Assembly: GCA_963793265.1 (NCBI GenBank)
Contig: CAWBZI010000001.1
Location: 1,216,001 to 1,280,000, forward strand
Source of the DNA: an uncultured cyanobacterium
Lineage (GTDB): Bacteria > Cyanobacteriota > Cyanobacteriia > Phormidesmidales > Phormidesmidaceae
Reading direction: 5' to 3'
Length of the DNA: 64,000 nucleotides
Of this stretch, positions 10,401-19,602 are shown piece by piece. The notes under the pieces are model-generated. The model did no database searches, was not told the origin of the DNA, and saw only the letters and a list, made by a program, of their open reading frames with translations. Made by a program: the position numbers and the translations under genes. How positions within the stretch are numbered: position 1 is the first letter of the stretch; each line of letters begins with the position of its first letter.

Positions 10401-12032
10401 GACGGGCCGATAAAAGATCTGCTCAGTAACGGCATCGCGGCCTATGGCTGGGATCTCGACAGCGACGGCACCATCGACAAGTTTGGACGCAACATCAAAC
10501 ACGTATTCGATCAGGCGGGCAGTCGAGATATCACCCTGACCGTTTTCGACAACCAAGGGCAGTCAACATCCCAGGCGCAAACCATTGATGTTCAGCCAGC
10601 CGCATACGGCAATGCGTTCTTAGATGGTGGCTTCAACAACCAGCCTGAACTCAAGTCCTGGCAAGCCTTTAGCGAATACTCCGATCAAGGCTGGTTTATT
10701 AGCGACCAGGGCAGTATTACAGGCGGCGTTGCCAAACTCTCATCGACCAATTCGTGGGGCAACCATCTCGGCCAGGTCGTTCGCGACCAAAAGGTTCGGC
10801 GCGGCGAGCAAACGCTCAGCTTCAGGCTAAAGAACCTGGAAGGATCTACGGAGGCAGAGTACTGGAAAAACAACGAGACAAATGTCACCTTATGGGGTGT
10901 CAACGGCCAGTTTGGTAATGAGCCCTGGCAGCCAGAGGGACCTCAACAGCTCGGCACTTTGCCTATGCAGCGCACCGAGCTAGCCAGCGAAATGTACGGT
11001 GGTGAAGAGGGCGAATTCTTCGACTGGAAAAATATTAGCCTGGATGTCGATCTCGGCCAGGGCTACGACTATTTACTGTTTCAGGTAAATGCAACTCACG
11101 TTAAAGATGCCGGAGATGATGTTTCTATCGACAACGTTTCTTTAACAGGAGCACCCAACTCAATTCCCGGAGCGCCGACGACCTCAGCGCCTACTTTCTC
11201 GCCGTCGCCCGACAAGAAGGAAGCACCTGTTAATCAGCCAGATCAGGAACCTGTCGCTGAAGCACCTGTAGTTGAGGCACCCGTAGCTGAAGCACCGACA
11301 TCTGAACCGACAGTTGTTCCTGATGAAGATCCAACAGGTGAAATGCCTGAGGCGATCGCACAGCTCAGCTTTGAAGAGGCCATAGACAACATAGCCCAGG
11401 ATACTTCTACAGGCGGCACCGACAACTTCGGTCGCCTAATCGCAGATGCCGAACTCGTTGAAGGAAAAGTAGGCCAGGCAGTCGCCTTTGATGGTGTCCG
11501 AGATATGGTTGCAATAGGCAACTCAGAAGATATCAACCTGGGCATTCATCCAGAGCGATCGATTTCGCTTTGGTTCCAAGCAGACGATACCTCAGCTAAC
11601 AGCAAACAGGTCATCTACGAAGAAGGCGGCGGTGCCAGAGGGCTCAACCTGTACCTAGCAGACGACCTGCTCTACTTTGGCGGCTGGAATGCGCCCGAGT
11701 CTGGTTGGGAAGGCTCATGAACCAGTACCGATCAAGTATCACCGGGCAAATGGCACCATGTTGCGCTGGTGCTAGAAGGCACCGATACCGTACAAGACAA
11801 CGCGCTGAGTGCTTACTTAGATGGTGAAAAAGTAGGCCAGATGGAAGGATCCCAGCTATGGACTCATCCCAATCGCATCGGCATCGGCAACGTTAACGGC
11901 CAAACCAAATTTCACGATGGGATTGGCACAAACTCGCGTCATGGATTGGCTGGGTCAGTTGACGAATTCCAGCTCTTTAACACAGCGCTAGACGATAATC
12001 AGGTGCAGCAGCTCGCAGGTACTCTGGCGTAA
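7467..12032 (+). CDS. Large extracellular protein (CAP - Pro/Glu linker - G8 - beta-helix - PKD - LamG) with in-frame TGA at 11718-11720; possibly a truncated allele
   Basis: CAP: GENIAAGQ..WINSPGHRANLL. G8: SGAWSDPTTW..GTVP. PKD: DASASSDPD..YGWD..LTVFDNQG. LamG: WHHVALV..YLDG..GSVDEFQLFN. ORFs 7467-11720 and 11769-12032 share one frame. Confidence 0.8.
8020..8215 (+). repeat. Coding tandem repeats (EPxAETP/EPAAE units)
   Basis: GAACCAGTAGCTGAAACGCCAGCAGCCGAACCT recurs near-identically 51 nt later; shorter 8-9 aa units precede it. Confidence 0.8.
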
Positions 12033-12067
12033 GTAGCTGAGCGTAAATAGCTTTTCGAGCTTCTAGC

Positions 12068-12118
12068 GGCCTGTATCTCTTTTCTATGGGGGGGAGAAAT
12101 GCAGGTCGTTTTCTTTTT
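12068..12118 (+). terminator. Probable intrinsic terminator
   Basis: GCCTGTATCTCT...AGAAATGCAGGT imperfect stem followed by a T-rich run. Confidence 0.5.
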
Positions 12119-12169
12119 ACGGTTCGGCAAAGACCTATCATTTTAGAAAGTGCATTGTTGGGGGTCGCT

Positions 12170-13699
12170 ATGACGAGTTTTCGTGAAGAGCTGAGTTTAC
12201 TGGTGCGATCGCGCTACCCTCTCATCTACATCCCCACCCGCGAAGAAGAACGCGCCGAAGTCGGCATTGCCCAGTGCGCTCAAGATATTGGCGATCGCAC
12301 CGTCTACACCTGGGACTACGTAGACGGCTACCAGGGCAACCCCACCGACAGCGGCTTCGGCAAGCGTAACCCGCTTCAAGCCCTAGAACTCATCGAAAAA
12401 GTCCCATCCTCAGCCGCCGCCCTTTTCGTTCTACGCGACTACCACCGCTTTTTAGACGACATTGCCATCTCTCGCAAGCTCCGCAATCTCCTCAAGCTGC
12501 TCAAATCCCAGCCCAAAAACGTCATCATTCTCTCTGCTACCCTCGCCATTCCAGACGAACTCAGCAGCAGCATCACCGTTCTAGAATTTCCCCTGCCTGA
12601 TAAGGCCGAAATTCGTACCGAAGTCGAAAAGATTCTCAGCGTCACCGGCTCCACCCTCTCTGCGCGCGACACCGACGAACTCGTTCGCTCCTGTCAGGGT
12701 CTTGCCCTAGAGCGCATCCGCCGAGTTCTTGCGCGTGGTATCGCCGCCCATGGCACCTTCGAGCCCGACGATATTGATCTGATTCTCGAAGAAAAACGGC
12801 AGACCATTCGCCAAACGCAGATTCTAGAGTTCTACCCCGCTGCCGAAAAGATCTCGGATATTGGCGGACTCGATAATCTCAAAGACTGGCTGCTCAAGCG
12901 CGGCGGTGCCTTTTCAGAGAAAGCTCGGCAGTATGGGCTACCGCACCCGCGCGGGCTCATGCTAGTGGGGATTCAAGGCACTGGAAAGTCACTGACTGCA
13001 AAGGCGATCGCCCACCACTGGCACCTCCCGCTTCTCCGCCTGGATGTCGGCAGACTCTTCGGCGGCCTCGTGGGCGAATCCGAATCGCGCACCCGCCAGA
13101 TGATCCAGCTTGCCGAAGCCCTTGCCCCCTGCATCCTCTGGATCGACGAAATCGACAAAGCCTTTGCGGGTTTCGATGGCGGCGGCGATTCCGGCACCAC
13201 CAGCCGCGTATTTGGCACCTTCATCACCTGGCTTGCCGAAAAATCCTCTCCTGTCTTCGTCGTTGCCACGGCTAACAACATCCAATCGCTCCCTCCCGAA
13301 ATGCTTCGCCGGGGCCGCTTCGATGAAATCTTCTTCGTCGGCCTCCCCAGCCAGCCCGAGCGCGAAGCCATCTTCAACGTCCACCTCGCGCGCTTGCGCC
13401 CGCACAACCTGCCCGCCTACGATCTCAAGCGCCTCGCCTACGAAACCCCCGACTTCTCTGGCGCAGAAATAGAGCAGGCCCTAATCGAAGCCATGCACAT
13501 TGGCTTCAGCCAAAACCGTGACTTCACCCACGACGACGTACTCGAAGCCGTCAGCCAGATCATCCCGCTTGCCCGCACTGCCCAAGAGCAAATCGAAGCC
13601 CTCCAGAACTGGGCCGCATCCGGCAAAGCCCGTCTCGCCTCTCGCCAAACCCCACTTTCTGAACGCATCGAACAGCAGCGAAAAGCTGATAGTCCCTAG
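12170..13699 (+). CDS. ycf46: Ycf46-family AAA+ ATPase
   Basis: [13 protein letters not shown], Walker A GIQGTGKS, Walker [25 protein letters not shown] 12170. Confidence 0.88.
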   Translation: MTSFREELSLLVRSRYPLIYIPTREEERAEVGIAQCAQDIGDRTVYTWDYVDGYQGNPTDSGFGKRNPLQALELIEKVPSSAAALFVLRDYHRFLDDIAISRKLRNLLKLLKSQPKNVIILSATLAIPDELSSSITVLEFPLPDKAEIRTEVEKILSVTGSTLSARDTDELVRSCQGLALERIRRVLARGIAAHGTFEPDDIDLILEEKRQTIRQTQILEFYPAAEKISDIGGLDNLKDWLLKRGGAFSEKARQYGLPHPRGLMLVGIQGTGKSLTAKAIAHHWHLPLLRLDVGRLFGGLVGESESRTRQMIQLAEALAPCILWIDEIDKAFAGFDGGGDSGTTSRVFGTFITWLAEKSSPVFVVATANNIQSLPPEMLRRGRFDEIFFVGLPSQPEREAIFNVHLARLRPHNLPAYDLKRLAYETPDFSGAEIEQALIEAMHIGFSQNRDFTHDDVLEAVSQIIPLARTAQEQIEALQNWAASGKARLASRQTPLSERIEQQRKADSP

Positions 13700-13797
13700 C
13701 TTCTAACGCCTCAGCCATCCTAACTTCCAGCCAGCGCCTTTACCTGTCGCACTCTTCACGCTATAACCATAAGGCTCTTGCTATCCAGCGCTGCGCC

Positions 13798-14259
13798 ATG
13801 GCGATGAAAAACTTTCTAATTGGTCTAAGTAAATTTGTTTTGGGCCTCATTCTAGCCATGCTGATCATGTCGCTAGCCGGACTCTCTATGGCTCGCTACT
13901 TCATGACTCGAATGGTAGAGCAGCCCGAGCGCCCCACCTACGAAAACGACCTCCCCGAAGACCAGCGCCCACGGCCCACAACGCCAGCCTCTACCGCCGA
14001 AGCAGGTGACTCTGAGCAAGCTTCTGAGCCTGAAGTCGTTGCACCGCTGCCACAGACAGCAGACTCTGATGACGCTTACGAAGCCTACGCCACGACCAAC
14101 GTAAACGTAAGATCTGGCCCTGGCACTAGCTACGATACTATCGGCAGCTTAGGCACTGATGAAGGCGTCACCGTCATTGGTGAAGATGGTGGATGGCTAA
14201 ACGTAGCGCTAAATAACGGTGCAGAAGGCTGGGTCAGCGGCAACTACATTCAAGAATAA
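13798..14259 (+). CDS. Membrane-anchored SH3b-domain protein
   Basis: N-terminal TM; VNVRSGPGTSY...GW....NGAEGWVSGNYI. Confidence 0.88.
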   Translation: MAMKNFLIGLSKFVLGLILAMLIMSLAGLSMARYFMTRMVEQPERPTYENDLPEDQRPRPTTPASTAEAGDSEQASEPEVVAPLPQTADSDDAYEAYATTNVNVRSGPGTSYDTIGSLGTDEGVTVIGEDGGWLNVALNNGAEGWVSGNYIQE

Positions 14260-14400
14260 GATTGCTGTAAAGAAATCTATCTCATTTCAACGGTTGGTTA
14301 CAAAAAGGTAGACATCACCCTACCTCTGTAGGCAGAGGGTGATAGTTTGGAGACGCTTACAAGAATTTAGGCAGTTAAACACTGCTGAAGGCAGCAAGCT

Positions 14401-14568
14401 ATGTACAAAAATCCTCAAAGAGACTGGGTAGGTTCATTCGTCATCGCTGGTTTGGGCGCAGGGGTCATCACCTCATTTGCTGTCGGCCAGGGGCAAAATC
14501 CAATCGTTGGCTTAGGTATCACCGCGATCGCAGCGATCGCAGCCGTCACTATAGACATCCTGCTCTAG
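14401..14568 (+). CDS. Small two-TM protein (55 aa), below the ORF-track cutoff
   Basis: MYKNPQRDWVGSFVIAGLGAGVITSFAVGQGQNPIVGLGITAIAAIAAVTIDILL. Confidence 0.65.
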   Translation: MYKNPQRDWVGSFVIAGLGAGVITSFAVGQGQNPIVGLGITAIAAIAAVTIDILL

Positions 14569-14709
14569 CAAACTAACCTGCTCTAGAAAACCATTCTGAA
14601 CGCAGTCATCAAACCTACGACAAGACCTGATAAAAGTAACATGACGCTCAACAAGCCTCAGTTCTTGAGCGTCATCTTCCCTCTCTACAATTATCAGAAT
14701 CTTATAGAT

Positions 14710-15735
14710 ATGTTGTTTGTTACCAACCGTGTTCTAGAGCAAGGACTAACGCCCGTCCCCGAAACCGGCTCAGCCTACAGACTATCTCGCTCCGTCAACT
14801 TTGTTCTAGAAAATAACCAGGCCGAACAGTCCTTTTACTGCTGCTGGCGCACCGGCCCCTACGACTACACCGAAATCGGCAGCACCAACTTTTTCGACAA
14901 CCTCAAAGAGCTTAGAGCCGATCAGCTCCTCTTCTTCATCCACGGATTCTCTGTTCTTCCTGAACAAGCTTTAGCACAGGCTGAAAAGCTTCAACAGTTA
15001 CTAGACGAGCTGCATCGCGCCGATCAGCAAAACAACATAAGGAGCCCCAAGATTGTCGTTGTTCCGCTCGTATGGCCCTGTGACAACGACCGAGGCAAAG
15101 TCAAAGACTACTTTGACGACCAAAAAGCCGCCGATGCCAGCGGTACCGCTTACATGCGCTTTCTGCAAAAGTTCTTAGCCTGGCGCAACGAAAACAGCAC
15201 CCTTACCAATCCCTGCCTCAAACTTATCAACCTACTCTCATACTCCATGGGCAACAGAGTCCTGCGTAGTGCCCTTCAGCTATCGCTCAAGTACTATCCT
15301 CAGCACAGCGCCGGGCTTTTGTTCAGAAACACCTTTATGGCTGCTGCCGATGTCGTCAACCAGAGTTTAGAAGCGGGTGAAGCGGGTGGCATGATTCCGA
15401 CTATGAGCCGCAACGTCGTTGTTTACTACGCCGCCGATGATTTGGCCCTCAGAGCGAGCAAAATTGCGAACGTCGGCGGCTCCGATGCTTCACGCAGATT
15501 AGGTCACACTGGCCCCGAAACCATGAGTAAGGTTCCTCGCAACGTCTATGCCATCGACTGCGATGACTTCAACAACCGCTATGACAATCCGCTAGGCCAC
15601 AACTACTTCTTAGAAGACCCTCAAACTGAGGAGGCTGGATTATTACTACGTCATGCTTGGGCCTGTATGCGTACTGGGCGAGTGCCCATGACCGATAGCG
15701 CACTGCCCGATAGCCGCATTGCTATACTCAACTGA
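14710..15735 (+). CDS. Alpha/beta hydrolase (DUF900-like)
   Basis: MLFVTNR, FFIHGF, nucleophile elbow SYSMGNR, AAD, GHNYF. Confidence 0.8.
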   Translation: MLFVTNRVLEQGLTPVPETGSAYRLSRSVNFVLENNQAEQSFYCCWRTGPYDYTEIGSTNFFDNLKELRADQLLFFIHGFSVLPEQALAQAEKLQQLLDELHRADQQNNIRSPKIVVVPLVWPCDNDRGKVKDYFDDQKAADASGTAYMRFLQKFLAWRNENSTLTNPCLKLINLLSYSMGNRVLRSALQLSLKYYPQHSAGLLFRNTFMAAADVVNQSLEAGEAGGMIPTMSRNVVVYYAADDLALRASKIANVGGSDASRRLGHTGPETMSKVPRNVYAIDCDDFNNRYDNPLGHNYFLEDPQTEEAGLLLRHAWACMRTGRVPMTDSALPDSRIAILN

Positions 15736-15852
15736 TACCTGGAGAGCAGCAAATTTGATCCTATAAATTTAATGCTAATTAATGCTAATAATCCGCTATG
15801 ACCGCTAGGGTAAGGCAAAAGTAAAGCGGTTGGCATTGGAAGGATTCTATTT

Positions 15853-16938
15853 ATGTTAGAAACGGCTTTGAGCCGCCTTGGCAATCCCGAGCTAGAGCTT
15901 GGGCTGGTCATAGCTGTGACAGTTGTGGTGACTGTGATTGCCTCACGATTCATCCCTACACTATTCCGCAGCCTATTCGAGCGCTTGCAAGGCTCAGCTA
16001 CCATCTATGCCGAAGTCATAGAGCCCAATCAAACCCTGCTAGCCACTGCCCTCAGCTTAAGCGCCGCCGATCTACTCATCACAGCATTCTTCGCTAGCAC
16101 CAAAGCCTTCTTGCTAGTAGACATTCCCCTCAGCCTGGCCGTCAGCGGGCTCACTATCTGGCTAATTTTCAGGCTATCCAAACTATTTTTTGACATTTAC
16201 CTGCTTAACGATGCGGTTCGAGAAGGCCGCAAAATCAGCAGCGAAATCCTCACCCTCGGCAAAGTCATCAGCATCGGCGGCGGTGCAATCACCGTCGCCA
16301 TCATCTTCGGCCAAACCCACCAGTTCAACGTTGTCGGCCTTATCGCTAGCTTAGGCGTCGGTGGCCTCGCACTCGCCTTTGCCGCCCAAAAGACCCTAGA
16401 GCAAATCCTTGGCAGCGTCGTTCTCTACATCGATCGCCCCTTCGTCATAGACGACTATATCGGCCTGCCTGACGGCACCTTCGGACAGGTCGAATCGATC
16501 GGTTTGCGTTCTACCAAAATTCGCACCTCCGGCAAAGGTACGCTGGTGATTGTGCCCAACAATATGCTGACGCAGATTACGATTGAGAACTTCACTGGGG
16601 CCAAAAAGGTGATGTCTATTATTTATCTGCGGTTTTATCGGGCGATCGCAAACGACGAAAGAGCCCTCATTCGCCAGGTCATTTTAGAAAGCACCCAAAA
16701 CATATTCGGCATCGACTCGCGCAGCACCGACATCACCTTCATGGAGCCTAACAAAGCCATGGAGACGCGCGCACAGGTTACCTTCTTCATTCTCGGCTCA
16801 GGCGAAGTTTCAATGGACTTACGCGGTCAGCTTCTAGATATCGCCAGCCGCAACGTCGCTCAAAGGCTCAAAGAATTTGGCATTGCCTTCGACATTGAAG
16901 AACAAAGAATTAACGTCGATTCTCCAATCACCATTTAA
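15853..16938 (+). CDS. MscS-family mechanosensitive channel
   Basis: LGVGGLALAFAAQKTL, DRPF, VESIGLRSTKIR, VPN. Confidence 0.92.
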   Translation: MLETALSRLGNPELELGLVIAVTVVVTVIASRFIPTLFRSLFERLQGSATIYAEVIEPNQTLLATALSLSAADLLITAFFASTKAFLLVDIPLSLAVSGLTIWLIFRLSKLFFDIYLLNDAVREGRKISSEILTLGKVISIGGGAITVAIIFGQTHQFNVVGLIASLGVGGLALAFAAQKTLEQILGSVVLYIDRPFVIDDYIGLPDGTFGQVESIGLRSTKIRTSGKGTLVIVPNNMLTQITIENFTGAKKVMSIIYLRFYRAIANDERALIRQVILESTQNIFGIDSRSTDITFMEPNKAMETRAQVTFFILGSGEVSMDLRGQLLDIASRNVAQRLKEFGIAFDIEEQRINVDSPITI

Positions 16939-16981
16939 ACAACACTTTTCACGCAACATACTTCCCGCATCACCACACAGC

Positions 16982-18121
16982 ATGGATACCGTTACGACAA
17001 CCTTAAAAGAGATTTTTCAATTTGATAGAGAATTTCAGCTCTTCCTCATTCGACTAGGGCTTCAATTAGGACTCTTCTTAATCTTTGTTCTAGTCTCACT
17101 CTTCATCGGCCGCTACACGCCTACCTTTGTCCGATTTATTCTACGCAAAGTCGCCTCAGATCGCGTCTCAGACCTCTATGTCAACTTCGTCAAACCAATC
17201 GAGCCGCTATTTCGCACCGCTGGATCGCTGATTCTGATATCTCTTAGTTTAAGCCTGCTGAGAGAATACGAAGGGATATATAGGTTTCTTGGCTTCTTCG
17301 TTACACTAGCCACCTTTATCAGTATCGCGTGGCTAGCATCACGTTTATTCCGCCAGTTTGTTCGCATCTATGGCATCGATCTGGTTCGTCGCCTCAACCT
17401 GGAAGTCGATGAAATGCTGCTGGTAGTTGAAACGCTAATGAACGTGGTGATTGGCCTAGTTGCAGTAATTGCCTTTGCGCAGAATCAGGGCGTAAGTTTA
17501 GTCGGCTTGGTAGCAGGCTTTGGTATTGGCGGTGCTGCGATCGCCTTCGCCGCTCAAAAAACCCTCGAACAGCTCCTCGGCACCGTTGTCCTCTACCTCG
17601 ATCGCCCCTACGTCCCCGGCGATCACATCCGAGTCAGCCTAAACCCACATGCCGAAGACGTATACGGTCGCATTGAATCGATTGGCCTACGATCTACCAA
17701 GCTTCGCACGGCGGCCAAAAGTACGCTGGTAATTATCCCCAACTCAACCATGGCGAACTTAGATATTGAGAACATCACGCGCGGGAAAAAGGTGATGGTG
17801 TTGATTTATCTAGACTTTGTTCGAGAGTTGGTAGAGAGGGAGCGATCGCTTGTTGAACAAGTTGTCAAAGAAAGCACCGATTCTCTTTTTGGCATCGACC
17901 CAGGCAGCACCAAAGTCAGCCTCTACCACATAGACAATCGCCCTGGCACCCGTGCTAGAGTCACCTTCTTCATCTTAGGCTCCAGTGAAAACTCCATCCA
18001 GCTCCGCAAACGCCTGCTCGAACTCGCCAACGCCACCATGGCCAAAAAGCTATCCGAATACAACATAAAATTCACCGTAGAAGACCCCACCATCTACGTC
18101 GATTCTCCCGTAACTATCTAG
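16982..18121 (+). CDS. MscS-family mechanosensitive channel (tandem paralog)
   Basis: FGIGGAAIAFAAQKTL, DRPY, IESIGLRSTKLR; ATG 16982. Confidence 0.92.
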   Translation: MDTVTTTLKEIFQFDREFQLFLIRLGLQLGLFLIFVLVSLFIGRYTPTFVRFILRKVASDRVSDLYVNFVKPIEPLFRTAGSLILISLSLSLLREYEGIYRFLGFFVTLATFISIAWLASRLFRQFVRIYGIDLVRRLNLEVDEMLLVVETLMNVVIGLVAVIAFAQNQGVSLVGLVAGFGIGGAAIAFAAQKTLEQLLGTVVLYLDRPYVPGDHIRVSLNPHAEDVYGRIESIGLRSTKLRTAAKSTLVIIPNSTMANLDIENITRGKKVMVLIYLDFVRELVERERSLVEQVVKESTDSLFGIDPGSTKVSLYHIDNRPGTRARVTFFILGSSENSIQLRKRLLELANATMAKKLSEYNIKFTVEDPTIYVDSPVTI

Positions 18122-19434
18122 CTCAAAAACAGCTCGCGCTCAGCCACCCGCCGCCGAGTGAGCCCTGCCAGCACTCGTCCGCCAGCTCGATTCCATCGCA
18201 ACAACTCATCCGCCGCGCCAAAACTATCCCCTGCATTCAGCCTGCGCAGCAACGTCGAACTATTTAGCGCACCGCTACCCACGTTATAGGCAAACGAAAC
18301 CAGCGCCGCAAACTGATTCTCCGTAATCGGCACCCGCACCGCTCTAGTCACTGCATTCTCAAAGTTTGCCACATCTTCTCTCAGCAAAGCCGTCGCCTGC
18401 GCATTCGTAATCCGCTGCCCCGGCCCTGCCGTCCGCGTATGCCCATAGCCAATCGTCCACACGCCCACCGCGTCTCGATAAGAATTCAGCCTTAGTCCCT
18501 CAAAGTCCTTAATCAAATCAAGCCCGACGCCGTTAATTCGCCCTGAAATAGCAGGGCTATCAAAACTTTGCTCCACAGGCGCTACCGGCGCATTATCTGC
18601 AAACACTGCCGCCCAGGTCAACGGGCCGACAATGCCATCACTCTCAAGGCCAACTTGCTGCTGAAAACGCCGAGTCACCGCTGAGCTGCCAGGCCCAAAC
18701 AGCCCGTCTGCCTCAATCTGCCAGCCCAAGTCCATAAGCCGCTGCTGAAACTGCTGCACCTGCGAATCGAACTGCAACGTCACAAACGGACTATAGCCAA
18801 ACGCACTTCCTGAAAAAGCATTCTCGACTGGGCTCATAACCGGCAAGGCAACCACAGGCTCTGCAATCGGCGGCTCGAATCCGGGAAACGTGCTCTCATC
18901 AAAAGCGGCCTGCCACGTCTGCGGCCCTACAATCCCGTCAGCAATCAAACCTTTCTCAAGCTGAAACGCACTGGCAACCCGCTCACTCTGCGGCCCATAC
19001 AAACCGTCTACCTCAATCGACCATCCACGCCGTTGCATCTGCGCCTGCCACTGAGCTACCGCTGGCCTACCTTCTAAAGACCGACCCGGCACATAGCGCA
19101 ACAGGTAACCTGGATACTCAGCTTGAGCCGCAATTAAATTAGCAGGTAGCATTCCACCTGTCAGCAGATCGATTGACGGCTCAGCGCTTTCTAAAAGAGC
19201 ATTGGGCTTTATCGGGCTGTCCAAAATTCCTGTATCTGTCGTCGTCAGGCTCAGAGCCATCTCAGAAGACTGTACGAATGCGTTGTGCCAGCTCTCTCCT
19301 ACCGGCTGTGATGCGATCGCCCCCTCCCCCGGCCCAACCGCATCAAAAGCAACCTCAGGCAGCAAAAGGTCACTCTCAAAGATACCAGCCGAATCAAACG
19401 TCGATACGCCCATAAAAGCACTCAAAATCTTCAC
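18118..19434 (-). CDS. GH24 (phage-type) lysozyme with two peptidoglycan-binding domains
   Basis: E-x8-D-x5-T motif (FEGLRLNSYRDAVGVWTIGYGHT); two DGLxGP..FQ..GL..DGIVGPxTW repeats. Start uncertain. Confidence 0.9.
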   Translation of the reverse strand: MKILSAFMGVSTFDSAGIFESDLLLPEVAFDAVGPGEGAIASQPVGESWHNAFVQSSEMALSLTTTDTGILDSPIKPNALLESAEPSIDLLTGGMLPANLIAAQAEYPGYLLRYVPGRSLEGRPAVAQWQAQMQRRGWSIEVDGLYGPQSERVASAFQLEKGLIADGIVGPQTWQAAFDESTFPGFEPPIAEPVVALPVMSPVENAFSGSAFGYSPFVTLQFDSQVQQFQQRLMDLGWQIEADGLFGPGSSAVTRRFQQQVGLESDGIVGPLTWAAVFADNAPVAPVEQSFDSPAISGRINGVGLDLIKDFEGLRLNSYRDAVGVWTIGYGHTRTAGPGQRITNAQATALLREDVANFENAVTRAVRVPITENQFAALVSFAYNVGSGALNSSTLLRRLNAGDSFGAADELLRWNRAGGRVLAGLTRRRVAERELFLS

Positions 19435-19525
19435 ACTCCTCTGGTCATACGGCTGCTGCCATAAAGAATCAGAGAGCTTTTATCAAAAAATCTTGGTACA
19501 AAGCAGCTAGCAGCCCCTAGAGATC

Positions 19526-19559
19526 AAAAAAACCGCAGATACACATGATGTACCTGCGG
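19526..19559 (-). terminator. Intrinsic terminator of sigC
   Basis: Minus strand CCGCAGGTACATCATGTGTATCTGCGG followed by T7. Confidence 0.75.
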
Positions 19560-19602
19560 CTATTATCCTTAGGAAACAAACAGTTAAAAGCAAAAATCGC
19601 CC

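Noticed and set aside
11718..11775. Selenocysteine recoding at the in-frame TGA
   Set aside because: The context suggests Trp rather than a catalytic Cys, and the downstream pairing (ACCAGT/GCTGGT) is not a convincing SECIS.
18118..19434. Prophage remnant around the lysozyme
   Set aside because: No holin, structural, integrase or att features; the flanks are host genes.
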